DNA of 64,000 nucleotides from Alphaproteobacteria bacterium. Its GTDB lineage: Bacteria > Pseudomonadota > Alphaproteobacteria > UBA828. The stretch covers positions 352,001-416,000 of the forward strand of contig CAXXMU010000002.1 of NCBI GenBank assembly GCA_963667785.2. The letters run 5' to 3'. Under the pieces are notes generated by a model, which was given only the letters and a program-made list of their open reading frames with translations, ran no database searches and was not told the origin of the DNA. Shown here one piece after another: positions 26,890-36,349 of the stretch (within the stretch, counting starts at the first letter, position 1; each line of letters starts with the position of its first letter). The translations under genes and the position numbers were made by a program.

Positions 26890-28092
26890 TCAGATCAGGT
26901 CCGCGCCGATCTTTTCCAACGGCTCGCCGTGCAAAGCCAAATACTTCAACAAGTGGGTGTAGAACCTGTCCAATCCTTCACAATAGACGGTGGGGTTGTC
27001 GAATCCATTGCTGCTCGCATACCGGTGTACCGGCTGACCGCTGCCACAGACGTCGCGCCAACAACAATCCGAACACGCAGATGCAGGTGTCTTCTTGAAA
27101 TATTCGAATTCGTGAAACAATGGATCCTGAATGATTTCCTCCAGGCTGAAGCTCTTCAGATCCCTGTACTCGTATCCGCTCCAGTACTTCGTGGATCTCA
27201 GCGTGTCGTCCGGCCCGACTCCGCCATCGGACGATACCGTAAGCAGAAGATAGTCCGGGTCACCTCTCCCGGCAGCGAAAAGGAAATTCCCGCTTCCGTA
27301 GAGTCGCGCCAGAAAGTGATCGATGAACCTGACGCCGACAGATTCCTCGTCATTCACCATCTGGTCGAAAATCTCGATCAGGAAATCCCCGTACGCTCCG
27401 GCATCGCCACCGAAATTGTCGTGGTTCAGGTCGGGGAGCAGGAAGTCGATGAGCCCCACGTGCAGGTCGCGGCGAAAGTGTTCGTAGATTTCCCTGGGAT
27501 CGAATTTCTCTCCGATCACAGCCAGGACCATGGGAGGCTGATGCAGGTGCTCCTGACATAGCGCCAGGCCGCGAACGGTCGCCCGGTAGGACGACCTGCC
27601 ATGATGATCGAGACGATGGGCGTCGTTGTGCACCTGCGCGCCGTCGAGGCTGACACCCACCTCCACGCCATGTCTGTTGAGAATCTCTATCCACTCGAGA
27701 TCGATCAGCATGCCGTTGGTCTGGATCGTCAGCGACAGGTCGACGATGCCCGCCAGACCCGATCTGATCTCATGGCAGATACCGTCGAGCCGGGCCTTCG
27801 GCATCAGGAGAGGTTCGCCGCCGTGCAGGTGGATCGCTATTCGTTGCAGCTCGTACTCTTCGGAGAATTGTCTGAGCCGCTGCACCAGCAGTGCGACCGT
27901 GTCATCCGATATGAACGCCGCATGACTCTTGTAGCTGTCGTCGCCCGCATTGAAGAAATAGCAATAGTCGCAATCCAGGTTACAGCGTTCGGTAATTTTC
28001 AATATGACTTCCAGCGTTTTGAGCTTGCGGAAGTTCACCGTTCTCCTATCGGTGGCGACAGGTGTCTTCGAGTCTTGCATCGCTGTGGCCAT
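26890..28092 (-). CDS. radical SAM/SPASM peptide maturase, XyeB-like three-residue cyclophane-forming enzyme
   Basis: LEVILKITERCNLDCDYCY (CxxxCxxC), HGGEPLL, QTNG, SLDG, DFLLPDLNHD, DDTLRST, C-terminal CxxCxxxxxCxxG...YC cluster; no N-terminal RRE domain. Confidence 0.88.
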   Translation of the reverse strand: MATAMQDSKTPVATDRRTVNFRKLKTLEVILKITERCNLDCDYCYFFNAGDDSYKSHAAFISDDTVALLVQRLRQFSEEYELQRIAIHLHGGEPLLMPKARLDGICHEIRSGLAGIVDLSLTIQTNGMLIDLEWIEILNRHGVEVGVSLDGAQVHNDAHRLDHHGRSSYRATVRGLALCQEHLHQPPMVLAVIGEKFDPREIYEHFRRDLHVGLIDFLLPDLNHDNFGGDAGAYGDFLIEIFDQMVNDEESVGVRFIDHFLARLYGSGNFLFAAGRGDPDYLLLTVSSDGGVGPDDTLRSTKYWSGYEYRDLKSFSLEEIIQDPLFHEFEYFKKTPASACSDCCWRDVCGSGQPVHRYASSNGFDNPTVYCEGLDRFYTHLLKYLALHGEPLEKIGADLI

Positions 28093-28440
28093 TGGAGTCA
28101 GCTCGAACGCGTCGCCGTCGCATGCGGGCAATTCCTGCCGAATGGCAGATCGTCGAGGCCTGCATTGAACGCGCGCCCCGGCGACGCGGCGAACTCAAGC
28201 GAGGCGACGGCTCTGTTCGGGGAACGATACCGCGCGTCTTTCAAGGTATGCGCCCGCCCGCCTGCCTCGGGCCGTCCGGGTCGAATTCCGCACTTGGTGT
28301 GCAAAGCGCCTGCCGACCGCCGCCAAGCCCCGCGGCCGTCGAGCGACCCCTTCGTCCGCAAAAGCCGATAACTCCCTCGAGCCTCTCCGGCTTCAGGAGC
28401 AGGCAACAGGCCCTTAACGCAGGCGACTACCCGCCGCTGC

Positions 28441-28713
28441 CTAATCGGTCACGGACGGCGCAGAGACGAAATTGCCGCCCGACCCGGGATGATTTGCCGC
28501 CACCACGGACGGCGCCGAGACGAAGTTGCCGCCCGACCCGGGATGATTTGCCGCCACCGCGGACGGCGCCGAGACGAAGTTGCCGCCCGATCCCGGATAG
28601 CCTGGGATCTTCTGCCGCAGATTCGGGCTGATCGCCTTACCTGCCGCTGCCCTCTGGTCCTCGGCCGAGATCCCCAGCTTCTCACGGAGCTTGCGTACTT
28701 TCAGGTCTTCCAT
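28441..28713 (-). CDS. multicore RiPP precursor peptide (about 38-aa leader plus 3 tandem cassettes)
   Basis: GAGGTG RBS; charged leader, then YPGSGGNFVSAPSAVAAN / HPGSGGNFVSAPSVVAAN / HPGSGGNFVSAPSVTD; upstream of the rSAM gene on the same strand. Confidence 0.85.
   Translation of the reverse strand: MEDLKVRKLREKLGISAEDQRAAAGKAISPNLRQKIPGYPGSGGNFVSAPSAVAANHPGSGGNFVSAPSVVAANHPGSGGNFVSAPSVTD
28450..28599. repeat. 54-bp tandem repeat, about 2.8 copies, encoding the precursor cassettes
   Basis: Units 28450-28503, 28504-28557 and partial 28558-28599; few, largely synonymous differences. Confidence 0.92.
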
Positions 28714-28928
28714 GAGTCACCTCGTGGTCCGTGTGATAAATGGCAATCGGGAGCCTCTACTCTACACCCGGATCTCTCGATACAGAGAATTTATTTCCTA
28801 TAGATGCTCGGCACTTTTCTTATGCGGGCTCGGCTCGTGCGGCGATCCGCTCTGGCTCGGAGACTCGCCAAGCCTGCATCGTCGATCGCGAAGGCACGGT
28901 CCTGGGAGAACGCGCACTCGACGGGGCG

Positions 28929-29423
28929 TCAAAAGATGATGCTCACCGCCCCGTGCCAGGAGAGGTCCTCCAGATCCAGCACCGCGCGGCGGTACGCTAT
29001 CCTCAAGTCCCCGCCGTCCCTCCTCAGGATGTACTCGACGGTGCCGACGTAGGGCGCTCCTTCGCCGCTACGGAACCGGTAGACGAGGACGTTTGCGGAG
29101 ACCGACAGGTGCCCCTCGTCGGTCTCTTCGACGCGCACGTTGGAAACGAAGCGGCGGGTCCGCGACCGCGGGCGCTCGCGGTGGGAATAGCGGCTGTTCA
29201 AGCGCGCCGCTCGAGCGCGCAACCGGATGATATCGTCGTCGATGAACACCAGATCGCGCTTAGGGTCCCCTTCCGGCAAGTCCGTGGAGGGAACCACGTA
29301 CCGAGCGTCGTCCGTGAACAGGCCAACCCACTCCTCCAGCCTCCATTCGTCCAGAAGCGCCGCTTCCCTGAACAGGAACTCCTCGACCGTCGCCCGCAAC
29401 GAGCACCCGCTGTCGGCCGTCAT
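28929..29423 (-). CDS. aromatic ring-hydroxylating dioxygenase beta subunit
   Basis: VEEFLFREAALLDEWRLEEW...RSRTRRFVSNV. Confidence 0.9.
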   Translation of the reverse strand: MTADSGCSLRATVEEFLFREAALLDEWRLEEWVGLFTDDARYVVPSTDLPEGDPKRDLVFIDDDIIRLRARAARLNSRYSHRERPRSRTRRFVSNVRVEETDEGHLSVSANVLVYRFRSGEGAPYVGTVEYILRRDGGDLRIAYRRAVLDLEDLSWHGAVSIIF

Positions 29424-30778
29424 CGCTCGCCGGTCCGACAGTGCCCAGGGTCGCCGGCCTCCGAAGAAGCCGCTGCGGCTTGCGATGTTGCGGGCGGCCC
29501 ATCCTGTACGTCGGTCGTATCGAGGCCCTGCATATTCGCGTGCCACTGCCGCCAGAATCCCCGCATTTGGAGCTCGTCTGCCGTTCCCGGACAGGGCGTC
29601 AGCATGCCCCTCGAGATGTCGGACCACTCGGCTTCGGTAGCGCGGAAGCCGGCCTGACAGGATTCCAGCGCTTCCACGTCATCCGGTGTGGCAAAGCCGC
29701 CCGGTCCGAGGAAGGTCAGGTAGCTGTCGAGTCGGGTGGCCAGCACCGCGCCCGACTCCTCTCTGGGCACGAGGTGCCAGGCCGTGACCTCCATTCTGTC
29801 CGGTGACAGGGGCTCGATATACCTGATGCTGATCGCCACGAAGTCCATGATCAGCAGGTTCGGATAGACGAGCAGGTTTCGAGAGGTGTCGGCCATCCGG
29901 TAGGCACGGTCTTCTCCGTATGTCTGCACCAGCCGCTCGCGCACCCGCGCTATGCGCTCCCTGGCCTCCTCGCCGAATATCGGGTGCCAGCGGGCGATGG
30001 GGCGGCCGTTCCTGGCTATGTTCTCCGATACGCAGTGGCCGTTGCCCAAGGCCCTTCCTGCGCCGGGGGGACGGGCAGCTAGCGTGTCCCCGCTGTCGTC
30101 TGTCCCGAGGCCGGTCATATAATCCACGTAGGTCCGATGCGTCGGGATCAGGTGGTATCCATCGAGGCTGTTCTCGGCCAACAGCTTCCAGTTGGCCTTC
30201 ATGGCGTACTTGTTGGAACCGGGAATCACCCGCATCCCTTCCTCGGCCTGGTCGACGACCAGGTCAAGGTAGTCTCTGGCCCCCGCCAGGTAAGTGACCA
30301 GGTCCTCGCCCTGCGCGTTGAAGCTCACGAAGTAGAAGCCCCGGTAGTTGTCCACCCTGGGTGGCTTCTTCAGGCCGAGTTCGCTCGGATCGAAGTCGGG
30401 GCCATAGGCCTCTCTTCTGGGAACGCCGATCAGCTCGCCGCGGGTGTCGAAAGTCCAGGCGTGATAGAAGCACCGCAGAACCTCGGCATTCCCGGAATCG
30501 CGGCGGCATATCGTGGCACCCCGGTGCGGGCAGGAGTTGAAGAACACCCGTATCTGCCCGTCTTTGCCGCGAACAAAGAAGAGCGGTCGGCCAGCGACCG
30601 TGCGGCGGCGGTAGTCTCCGGGCCTCTCCACCTCCGATTCGTGTCCCAGGTAGATCCAGCATCTGTCGAAGATCAGTTCCCGTTCCCGCTGGAACAGATC
30701 GGAGGACGTCATGCACGACCGATGGACCCTGAAGACCCCGCGCTTCCGGTCGTCGATGATTAGGTCCTGGATGTCCAT
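29420..30778 (-). CDS. aromatic ring-hydroxylating dioxygenase alpha subunit (p-cumate/benzoate-type)
   Basis: CPHRG...CFYHAW Rieske motif, NWKLLAENSLDGYHLIPTH, PDD iron ligand region. Confidence 0.9.
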   Translation of the reverse strand: MDIQDLIIDDRKRGVFRVHRSCMTSSDLFQRERELIFDRCWIYLGHESEVERPGDYRRRTVAGRPLFFVRGKDGQIRVFFNSCPHRGATICRRDSGNAEVLRCFYHAWTFDTRGELIGVPRREAYGPDFDPSELGLKKPPRVDNYRGFYFVSFNAQGEDLVTYLAGARDYLDLVVDQAEEGMRVIPGSNKYAMKANWKLLAENSLDGYHLIPTHRTYVDYMTGLGTDDSGDTLAARPPGAGRALGNGHCVSENIARNGRPIARWHPIFGEEARERIARVRERLVQTYGEDRAYRMADTSRNLLVYPNLLIMDFVAISIRYIEPLSPDRMEVTAWHLVPREESGAVLATRLDSYLTFLGPGGFATPDDVEALESCQAGFRATEAEWSDISRGMLTPCPGTADELQMRGFWRQWHANMQGLDTTDVQDGPPATSQAAAASSEAGDPGHCRTGER

Positions 30779-30855
30779 GAGATCACCCGTATGCCCCGAA
30801 TCTCGATTTACAAAAGGATGCCGGTGTTTCGTCGCAAGCGACTCTCGCAGCAGCG

Positions 30856-31134
30856 CGATTCGACCTGAAGGTCCTGTCGCCTCGCGAGGCGACAAACGCC
30901 AACATAGCGCCGCCGCCTTCGCAGGTCACAACGATCCACTGCGCTCTCGCCGGGCTCGGCGTCGCGCTCGTCCCGGCGATGACGGCGCATCGCCACGTGG
31001 ATGCCGGGCGGCTTCGGTGCGTCGAGGCACCGGAAGGGCAGATGGATCGCCCTTGCGCCGTGGAGCATCCGCACGCCATCGCGGGCTGGCCCATCGTCGG
31101 CGGCCCAGTAGAATGCTTCGAGCGCTCCGCGTGA
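30856..31134 (+). pseudogene. degenerate LysR-family regulator remnant
   Basis: Start-less frame reads FDLKVL...CALAGLGVALVPAMTAHRHVDAGRLRCV, resembling the LysR effector-domain C-terminus; divergent from the dioxygenase. Confidence 0.4.
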
Positions 31135-31309
31135 GCGTCTCGAGTGTCAATCGCCGAGCCTGGCGAAGCCGAACTGGGGCGACCCCGAGGGTATGACCTG
31201 AGCGGTCGCCCTGTTCCATGAAGTAGCGCTATCCAGTCGCTCGCGACCGCAGGAAGGTGGAGACCGGTCCCGGTCTCGACATCGTCGCGAGCCAATCAGG
31301 GAGACACTT

Positions 31310-32323
31310 ATGCGCATCTACAACTACAAGAAGGGGACGGCGCGACGGCTCGCGGTGGAGGATGACAACCAGCTGGTCGACTTGATCGATGCGCTGGGCG
31401 GCCAGCGCACGCTCACCGCGCGGGACCGCGACGCGCTCGCCGACACGATCTCCTTCATCGAATCAGGAGATCGGGGCCTGCGCCTCGCGCGCAAGGCGAT
31501 CCGCGAAAGCCGCGCCGCCGGCAAGGGCCGCCGCAGCCTGGCCCGGGCCACGCTGTTCGCGCCCGTCGAGCCCGCGGTCATCCTGTGTTCGGGAGAGAAC
31601 TACTGGGATCACCGGGACGAGAAGCCGGTGGTCGAGGGCAAGGAGCCCGAGTTCTTCATCAAGCTCCAGCAATGCGCCAACGGCCCCTACGACGACATCG
31701 TCTACGAGCCGAAGATCACCCGGAAGCTGGACTACGAGACCGAGCTTGCCATCGTCATCGGCAAGGGCGGGCGCCACATCCCCAAGCGGGATGCGATGAA
31801 GCACATATTCGGCTTCACCGTCATGAACGACGTCACGGCCCGGGACCGGCAGGTCAAGATGCGGCCCGACGGCACCTCGCAATACGCGCTCGGACCGGGC
31901 AAGAACTTCGATACCTCAGCCCCGCTCGGCCCCTGCATCGTCACGACGGACGAGCTTGGCAACCCGCAGAAGCTGGCGCTCCGCACCTGGGTCAACGACG
32001 AGCTGCGCCAGAACAACACCACCGCGACGATGATCTGGAACGTCCGGGAGCTGGTCCATTTCTTTTCCGGTTTCGTCACCCTGAAACCGGGTTCGGTGAT
32101 TTCGACGGGCACGCCGGGCGGAACCGCGTGGGGAACCGATCCCGAGCTGGGCGGGCGCGGTGCCCGGAGCGGACGCGACGACATCGCGCTCGCCGGGGGC
32201 TATCTCAAGGTCGGCGACGTGGTCACCAGCGAGATCGAAGGCATCGGCCGCCTGCGCGCCAGGGTCGTGCGGTCCGGGCATTCGCGGAGGAAGAGCTCGG
32301 CCGGCGCCGCCCGTGACAGGTGA
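31310..32323 (+). CDS. fumarylacetoacetate hydrolase family protein
   Basis: GENYWDH, LDYETELAIVIG, NDVTARD, GKNFDTSAPLGP, ISTGTPGG. Confidence 0.9.
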   Translation: MRIYNYKKGTARRLAVEDDNQLVDLIDALGGQRTLTARDRDALADTISFIESGDRGLRLARKAIRESRAAGKGRRSLARATLFAPVEPAVILCSGENYWDHRDEKPVVEGKEPEFFIKLQQCANGPYDDIVYEPKITRKLDYETELAIVIGKGGRHIPKRDAMKHIFGFTVMNDVTARDRQVKMRPDGTSQYALGPGKNFDTSAPLGPCIVTTDELGNPQKLALRTWVNDELRQNNTTATMIWNVRELVHFFSGFVTLKPGSVISTGTPGGTAWGTDPELGGRGARSGRDDIALAGGYLKVGDVVTSEIEGIGRLRARVVRSGHSRRKSSAGAARDR

Positions 32324-32350
32324 GAGGACGGGAGAGGGAGCCGTTCTCCC

Positions 32351-33133
32351 TCAGTTCACATTCGCGGCCTCGCCCAGGGTCGGGCCGATCTCGCGGTTTA
32401 TGACGAGGTCGGCGATGCCGTCGAGGTCGGTGGGGTCGCGGTTCAGGATGACGAGGGGGGAGCCGGATTCCTTGGCGAGGATGGGAAACCCGGCGGCGGG
32501 ATAGACCACGAGCGACGAGCCGACCGCGAGGAAGAGGTCGCAGGCAAGGGTCTCGCGCCTCGCGCGCTCCATCTCGTCCTCCGGCATCGCCTGGCCGAAG
32601 GAGATCGTCGCCGTCTTGACCGGCGCTCCGCAGAGCGTGCAGACGGGCGGCACAGAGTTCCTCTCGAACGCCTCCTTGATCGGCGCAAGCTCGTAGCGGG
32701 TCTCGCACGCGACGCATTTCGCATAGCTGCCGTTGCCGTGGAGCTCGATCACCTTCTCCCTGGGCACGCCCGACTCCTGGTGCAGGTTGTCGATGTTCTG
32801 GGTGATCACGCTCGAGACCTTACCGGTCCGGACCAGCTTGGCGACCGCCCGGTGCCCGCGGTTGGGCGTGGCGCCGACCATGTCCCGGTCGATCAGCACC
32901 TTGCGCCGCCAGGCCTCGATGCGCGCCTCCTCGGAGGCGAGGAACTCCTGGTAATAGATCGGCGTGGTCTGCGACCAGATGCCGGTCGGGCTGCGGAAGT
33001 CCGGGATGCCCGATTCGGTCGATATCCCGGCGCCGGTGAAGACGACCGCCCGGCGCGCGTCAGCGATCATCCCGGCGAGGCGCTCGATATCGGCGCGGGC
33101 GGCCTCCATCTCAGCCGCGCTCGGGGCAGCCAC
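32351..33133 (-). CDS. cobB: Sir2-family NAD-dependent protein deacylase
   Basis: GAGISTESGIPDFRS, TQNIDNLH, ELHG, two CxxC zinc motifs, GSSLVVYPAA. Confidence 0.9.
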   Translation of the reverse strand: MAAPSAAEMEAARADIERLAGMIADARRAVVFTGAGISTESGIPDFRSPTGIWSQTTPIYYQEFLASEEARIEAWRRKVLIDRDMVGATPNRGHRAVAKLVRTGKVSSVITQNIDNLHQESGVPREKVIELHGNGSYAKCVACETRYELAPIKEAFERNSVPPVCTLCGAPVKTATISFGQAMPEDEMERARRETLACDLFLAVGSSLVVYPAAGFPILAKESGSPLVILNRDPTDLDGIADLVINREIGPTLGEAANVN

Positions 33134-33475
33134 GTGTCAATCTCCCTTGGTGCTGTCGTCGGTCACGCGCTCAAGGAGGTCCAACCGGCAGGGCTCGTCA
33201 AGACCGGCATCGACGGCAGGATGATCGGCCCACCTCGTCGAGTAGTCCAGTTTCAATGCCGGTTGAGAGCCATCGGAGGGAGCCGGTCATTCCTTCATTC
33301 GACGGGCTTGAGGCGGGTCATGCAAGGCGCGGTGGTGCTTGTCGAATGCTTCCACAAGTATGGGGAAATCGAATACGTGTCGGGCGGCTATTTTGTCGAA
33401 GAGCGGTCGGACGGAAAATTCTATTGCGTCGATCCGCTTGAGTAAGGCCGAAGAAGAACGGTGGAAGCTTGCCAG

Positions 33476-33540
33476 GCAAGAGAAAACCCCGGAAGTCCGG
33501 GGCCTTCAGGGTCTCTGCAGGAACGTGCGGTCTATCGGAA

Positions 33541-33548
<8 letters not shown>
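33476..33548 (+). repeat. 73-bp direct repeat, copy 2 (overlaps the tRNA-Ala 3' end)
   Basis: Matches 3792..3864 at 63/73. Confidence 0.85.
33478..33503 (-). terminator. rho-independent terminator downstream of tRNA-Ala
   Basis: Minus strand CCCCGG-ACTT-CCGGGG followed by TTTTCTCTT. Confidence 0.7.
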
Positions 33549-33616
<68 letters not shown>

Positions 33617-33726
33617 GCAATTCCGGGTGCGCCGCGCGACGGTCCGGGCCCGCCGCGCGGCGGCTGAAACCCTAGTTGCTCCGCCGCGCCCGACGCAAGG
33701 CGAAAGTACGGGCGGTGCGCTGCCGA

Positions 33727-34089
33727 TCAGGATGCAGGCACGGTCGGCTCCGTATCGTCCGTGTCGTCCAGGTCGGCCGCCAGATCGTCGCCGCCGTCGT
33801 CGTCATCGCCCAGATCGTCGTCGATCATCTCGTCGTCGTCCGCGGGCGCCTCCTCCACTTCTTCCGCCGCTTCCGCCGGCGCGTTGGCGTGCCCACCGGG
33901 GTGTGACGCCGGCTCCGGCGGTGCCGGCGGTGCCGGCGGTACCGGCGGCCGGCGCCGGTTGGGCCGGACGGTCTCGATTTCGATCACGCTGCCGCACTTG
34001 GGGCACGCGATCGGGTTACGGTGCAAGTCGTAGAACTTCACGCCACAGTCCGCACATGTGTGCTTGGCGCCCCATTCCCGCTTCGCCAC
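33727..34089 (-). CDS. FYDLN acid domain protein (TIGR02300-like)
   Basis: WGAKHTCADCGVKFYDL...CPKCG followed by an acidic tail. Confidence 0.88.
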   Translation of the reverse strand: MAKREWGAKHTCADCGVKFYDLHRNPIACPKCGSVIEIETVRPNRRRPPVPPAPPAPPEPASHPGGHANAPAEAAEEVEEAPADDDEMIDDDLGDDDDGGDDLAADLDDTDDTEPTVPAS

Positions 34090-34212
34090 GCCTGCGCCTC
34101 CCTGCGTCTTCTTGCGGCTGCCGAAGGCGACGCCAATGCCAGTTTGGCGCCCCTCTGTCAAAACCAAATTTGCGCTGCTTGACGCGGCCCGGCGCTGTGC
34201 TAGAGACGGTGC

Positions 34213-35598
34213 GTGCCCGACACCACGCCCACACAACCCGCCCGCCGCGAGGACTGCGCCGGAGAGCGGGGATCGCACGCCCTGATCTCGTCGGCTGCCG
34301 GCTCCCTCAAGGGAAGCTGCGCCGTGCCGGGCGACAAGTCGATCTCCCATCGCGCGCTGATGCTGTGCGCGCTGGCGGTGGGCGAGAGCCGCGTGCGGGG
34401 CCTCCTCGAAAGCGCGGACGTGGCGGCGACGGCGGCCGCGCTGCGCGCGCTCGGGGCCGGCATCGAGCGGGCAGGCGACGGAAGCTGGGTCGTGCACGGC
34501 GTCGGCGTCGGCGGACTGGCCGAGCCCGACGGCGTGCTCGATCTCGGCAACTCCGGCACCGCGGTGCGCCTGCTCGCGGGGATCTGCGCGAGCCACGGCT
34601 TCACCACCTTCATGACCGGCGACCGCTCGCTCAGGCGGCGCCCGATGGGCCGCATCATCGAGCCGCTGGAGCGGATGGGCGCGAGCTTCGAGGCCCGCAG
34701 CGGCGGCCGCCTGCCGCTCGCGGTGATCGGTGCCGCCCAGCCGATGCCGATCGAGTACCGGCTGCCGGTGGCCTCGGCGCAGGTGAAGTCGGCCGTGCTG
34801 CTCGCCGGCCTCAACGCGCCCGGCGAGACCCGCGTGGTCGAGCCCGCGCCGAGCCGGGACCACACCGAGCGCATGCTGCGCCGCTTCGGCGCAGAGGTGA
34901 AGACCGCGGCGGGCGCGGACGGCGGCAGCGTCATCGCCGTCACCGGCTATCCCGAGCTCGCGCCTTGTGCGCTGACGGTGCCGGGCGATCCCAGCGCCGC
35001 GGCCTTTCCCCTCGCCGCCGCGCTGATCGTGCCGGGCTCCGACCTGGTGATCGAGGGCGTCGGCATCAATCCCGGCCGGATCGGGCTGATCGAGACCCTG
35101 CGCGAGATGGGAGCGGCGATCGAGACGGGGCGCGTTCGCGAGGAGGCCGGTGAGCCGGTCGCCGACATCGCGGTGCGCGCCGGCCCGCTCCGCGCGGTCG
35201 ACGTGCCGGCGGCGAGGGCGCCCAGCATGATCGACGAGTACCCGATCCTCAGCGTCGTCGCCGCCTGCGCCGAAGGCACCACGCGCCTCAACGGCCTCGC
35301 CGAGCTCAGGGTCAAGGAAAGCGACCGGCTGGGCGCGACCGCTGCCGGCCTGCGCGCAGCCGGGGTGAGCGCGACGGAGCGGGACGACGGGCTCGACATC
35401 GAGGGCCGGGGTGGCCCGCCGCCCGGCGGCGGCCTGGTGGCGACCGAGCTCGACCACCGCATCGCCATGGCCTTCCTCACCCTCGGCATGGCGAGCGAAA
35501 AGCCGATGACCGTCGACGACGGCTCGATGATCGGCACCAGCTATCCCGGCTTCGTCGACGCCATGAACGCTCTGGGAGCCTCGATTGCCGCCTGCTGA
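34213..35598 (+). CDS. aroA: 3-phosphoshikimate 1-carboxyvinyltransferase
   Basis: [42 protein letters not shown]; exact start uncertain. Confidence 0.95.
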   Translation: MPDTTPTQPARREDCAGERGSHALISSAAGSLKGSCAVPGDKSISHRALMLCALAVGESRVRGLLESADVAATAAALRALGAGIERAGDGSWVVHGVGVGGLAEPDGVLDLGNSGTAVRLLAGICASHGFTTFMTGDRSLRRRPMGRIIEPLERMGASFEARSGGRLPLAVIGAAQPMPIEYRLPVASAQVKSAVLLAGLNAPGETRVVEPAPSRDHTERMLRRFGAEVKTAAGADGGSVIAVTGYPELAPCALTVPGDPSAAAFPLAAALIVPGSDLVIEGVGINPGRIGLIETLREMGAAIETGRVREEAGEPVADIAVRAGPLRAVDVPAARAPSMIDEYPILSVVAACAEGTTRLNGLAELRVKESDRLGATAAGLRAAGVSATERDDGLDIEGRGGPPPGGGLVATELDHRIAMAFLTLGMASEKPMTVDDGSMIGTSYPGFVDAMNALGASIAAC

Positions 35599-36241
35599 AG
35601 AGGCGCCGCCGCTGGTCATCGCGGTTGACGGGCCGGCGGCGGCGGGGAAGGGGACCCTCGCCAGCCGTCTCGCCGCGCACTACGGGCTCCGGCACCTCGA
35701 CACCGGCCTGCTCTACCGGGCCGTCGCGCTCCGCCTGCTGCGGCAGAAGGGTGAGCCGGGGCAGGCGGAGGCGGCGGCGGCCCAGGCCCGCGCCGTCACC
35801 GACGCCGACCTCGCGGACCCGGCGCTCCGCGACGAGGCGGTGGGCGAGGCGGCCTCGGCGCTGGCCGTGCACGGCGCCGTGCGCGAGGCCCTGCTCGACT
35901 ATCAGCGCGCCTTCGCCGCCCGCCGCCCCGGCGCGGTGCTCGACGGGCGCGACATCGGCACCGTCGTCTGCCCCGGCGCGCAGGTGAAGATCTACCTGGA
36001 GGCGAGCGTTTCGGTGCGCGCCGCCCGCCGCCTTTGTGAGTTGCGGTCGCGCGGCGTCGAGAGTATAGAATCCCGCGTTTTGGATGAAATAAAGGCCCGC
36101 GACGCCCGCGACAGCCGGCGCAGCGCCGCACCCCTGAAGCCGGCGGCAGACGCCTGTCGGATCGACACCACCGCCCTCGGCCCCGATGAGGTCTTCGAGC
36201 GGGCGGTGGCGACCGTCGACGCGCGTCTTCCCTCTCCCTAG
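35585..36241 (+). CDS. cmk: cytidylate kinase
   Basis: [30 protein letters not shown]. Confidence 0.95.
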   Translation: MPPAEEAPPLVIAVDGPAAAGKGTLASRLAAHYGLRHLDTGLLYRAVALRLLRQKGEPGQAEAAAAQARAVTDADLADPALRDEAVGEAASALAVHGAVREALLDYQRAFAARRPGAVLDGRDIGTVVCPGAQVKIYLEASVSVRAARRLCELRSRGVESIESRVLDEIKARDARDSRRSAAPLKPAADACRIDTTALGPDEVFERAVATVDARLPSP

Positions 36242-36349
36242 AGACGGACCCGGGATCCGCGCCGCGGCAACGCGCACACCCCTCGCAGATCGCGCCCGGC
36301 GCGGGCAGAGACCCGCGCGAGAGCGCCTACCTGACATGCTGGAGATCAG

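Noticed and set aside
28098-28406. 102-aa ORF between precursor and rSAM as an RRE/PqqD or second precursor
   Set aside because: TTG start, no recognisable motif, composition typical of a spurious GC-rich frame
28450-28599. Possible CRISPR array
   Set aside because: Contiguous 54-bp units without unique spacers, in frame within an ORF, and no cas genes
33134-33475. Integrase beside tRNA-Ala
   Set aside because: No tyrosine or serine recombinase motifs; only a 41-codon unassignable frame (33320-33445)
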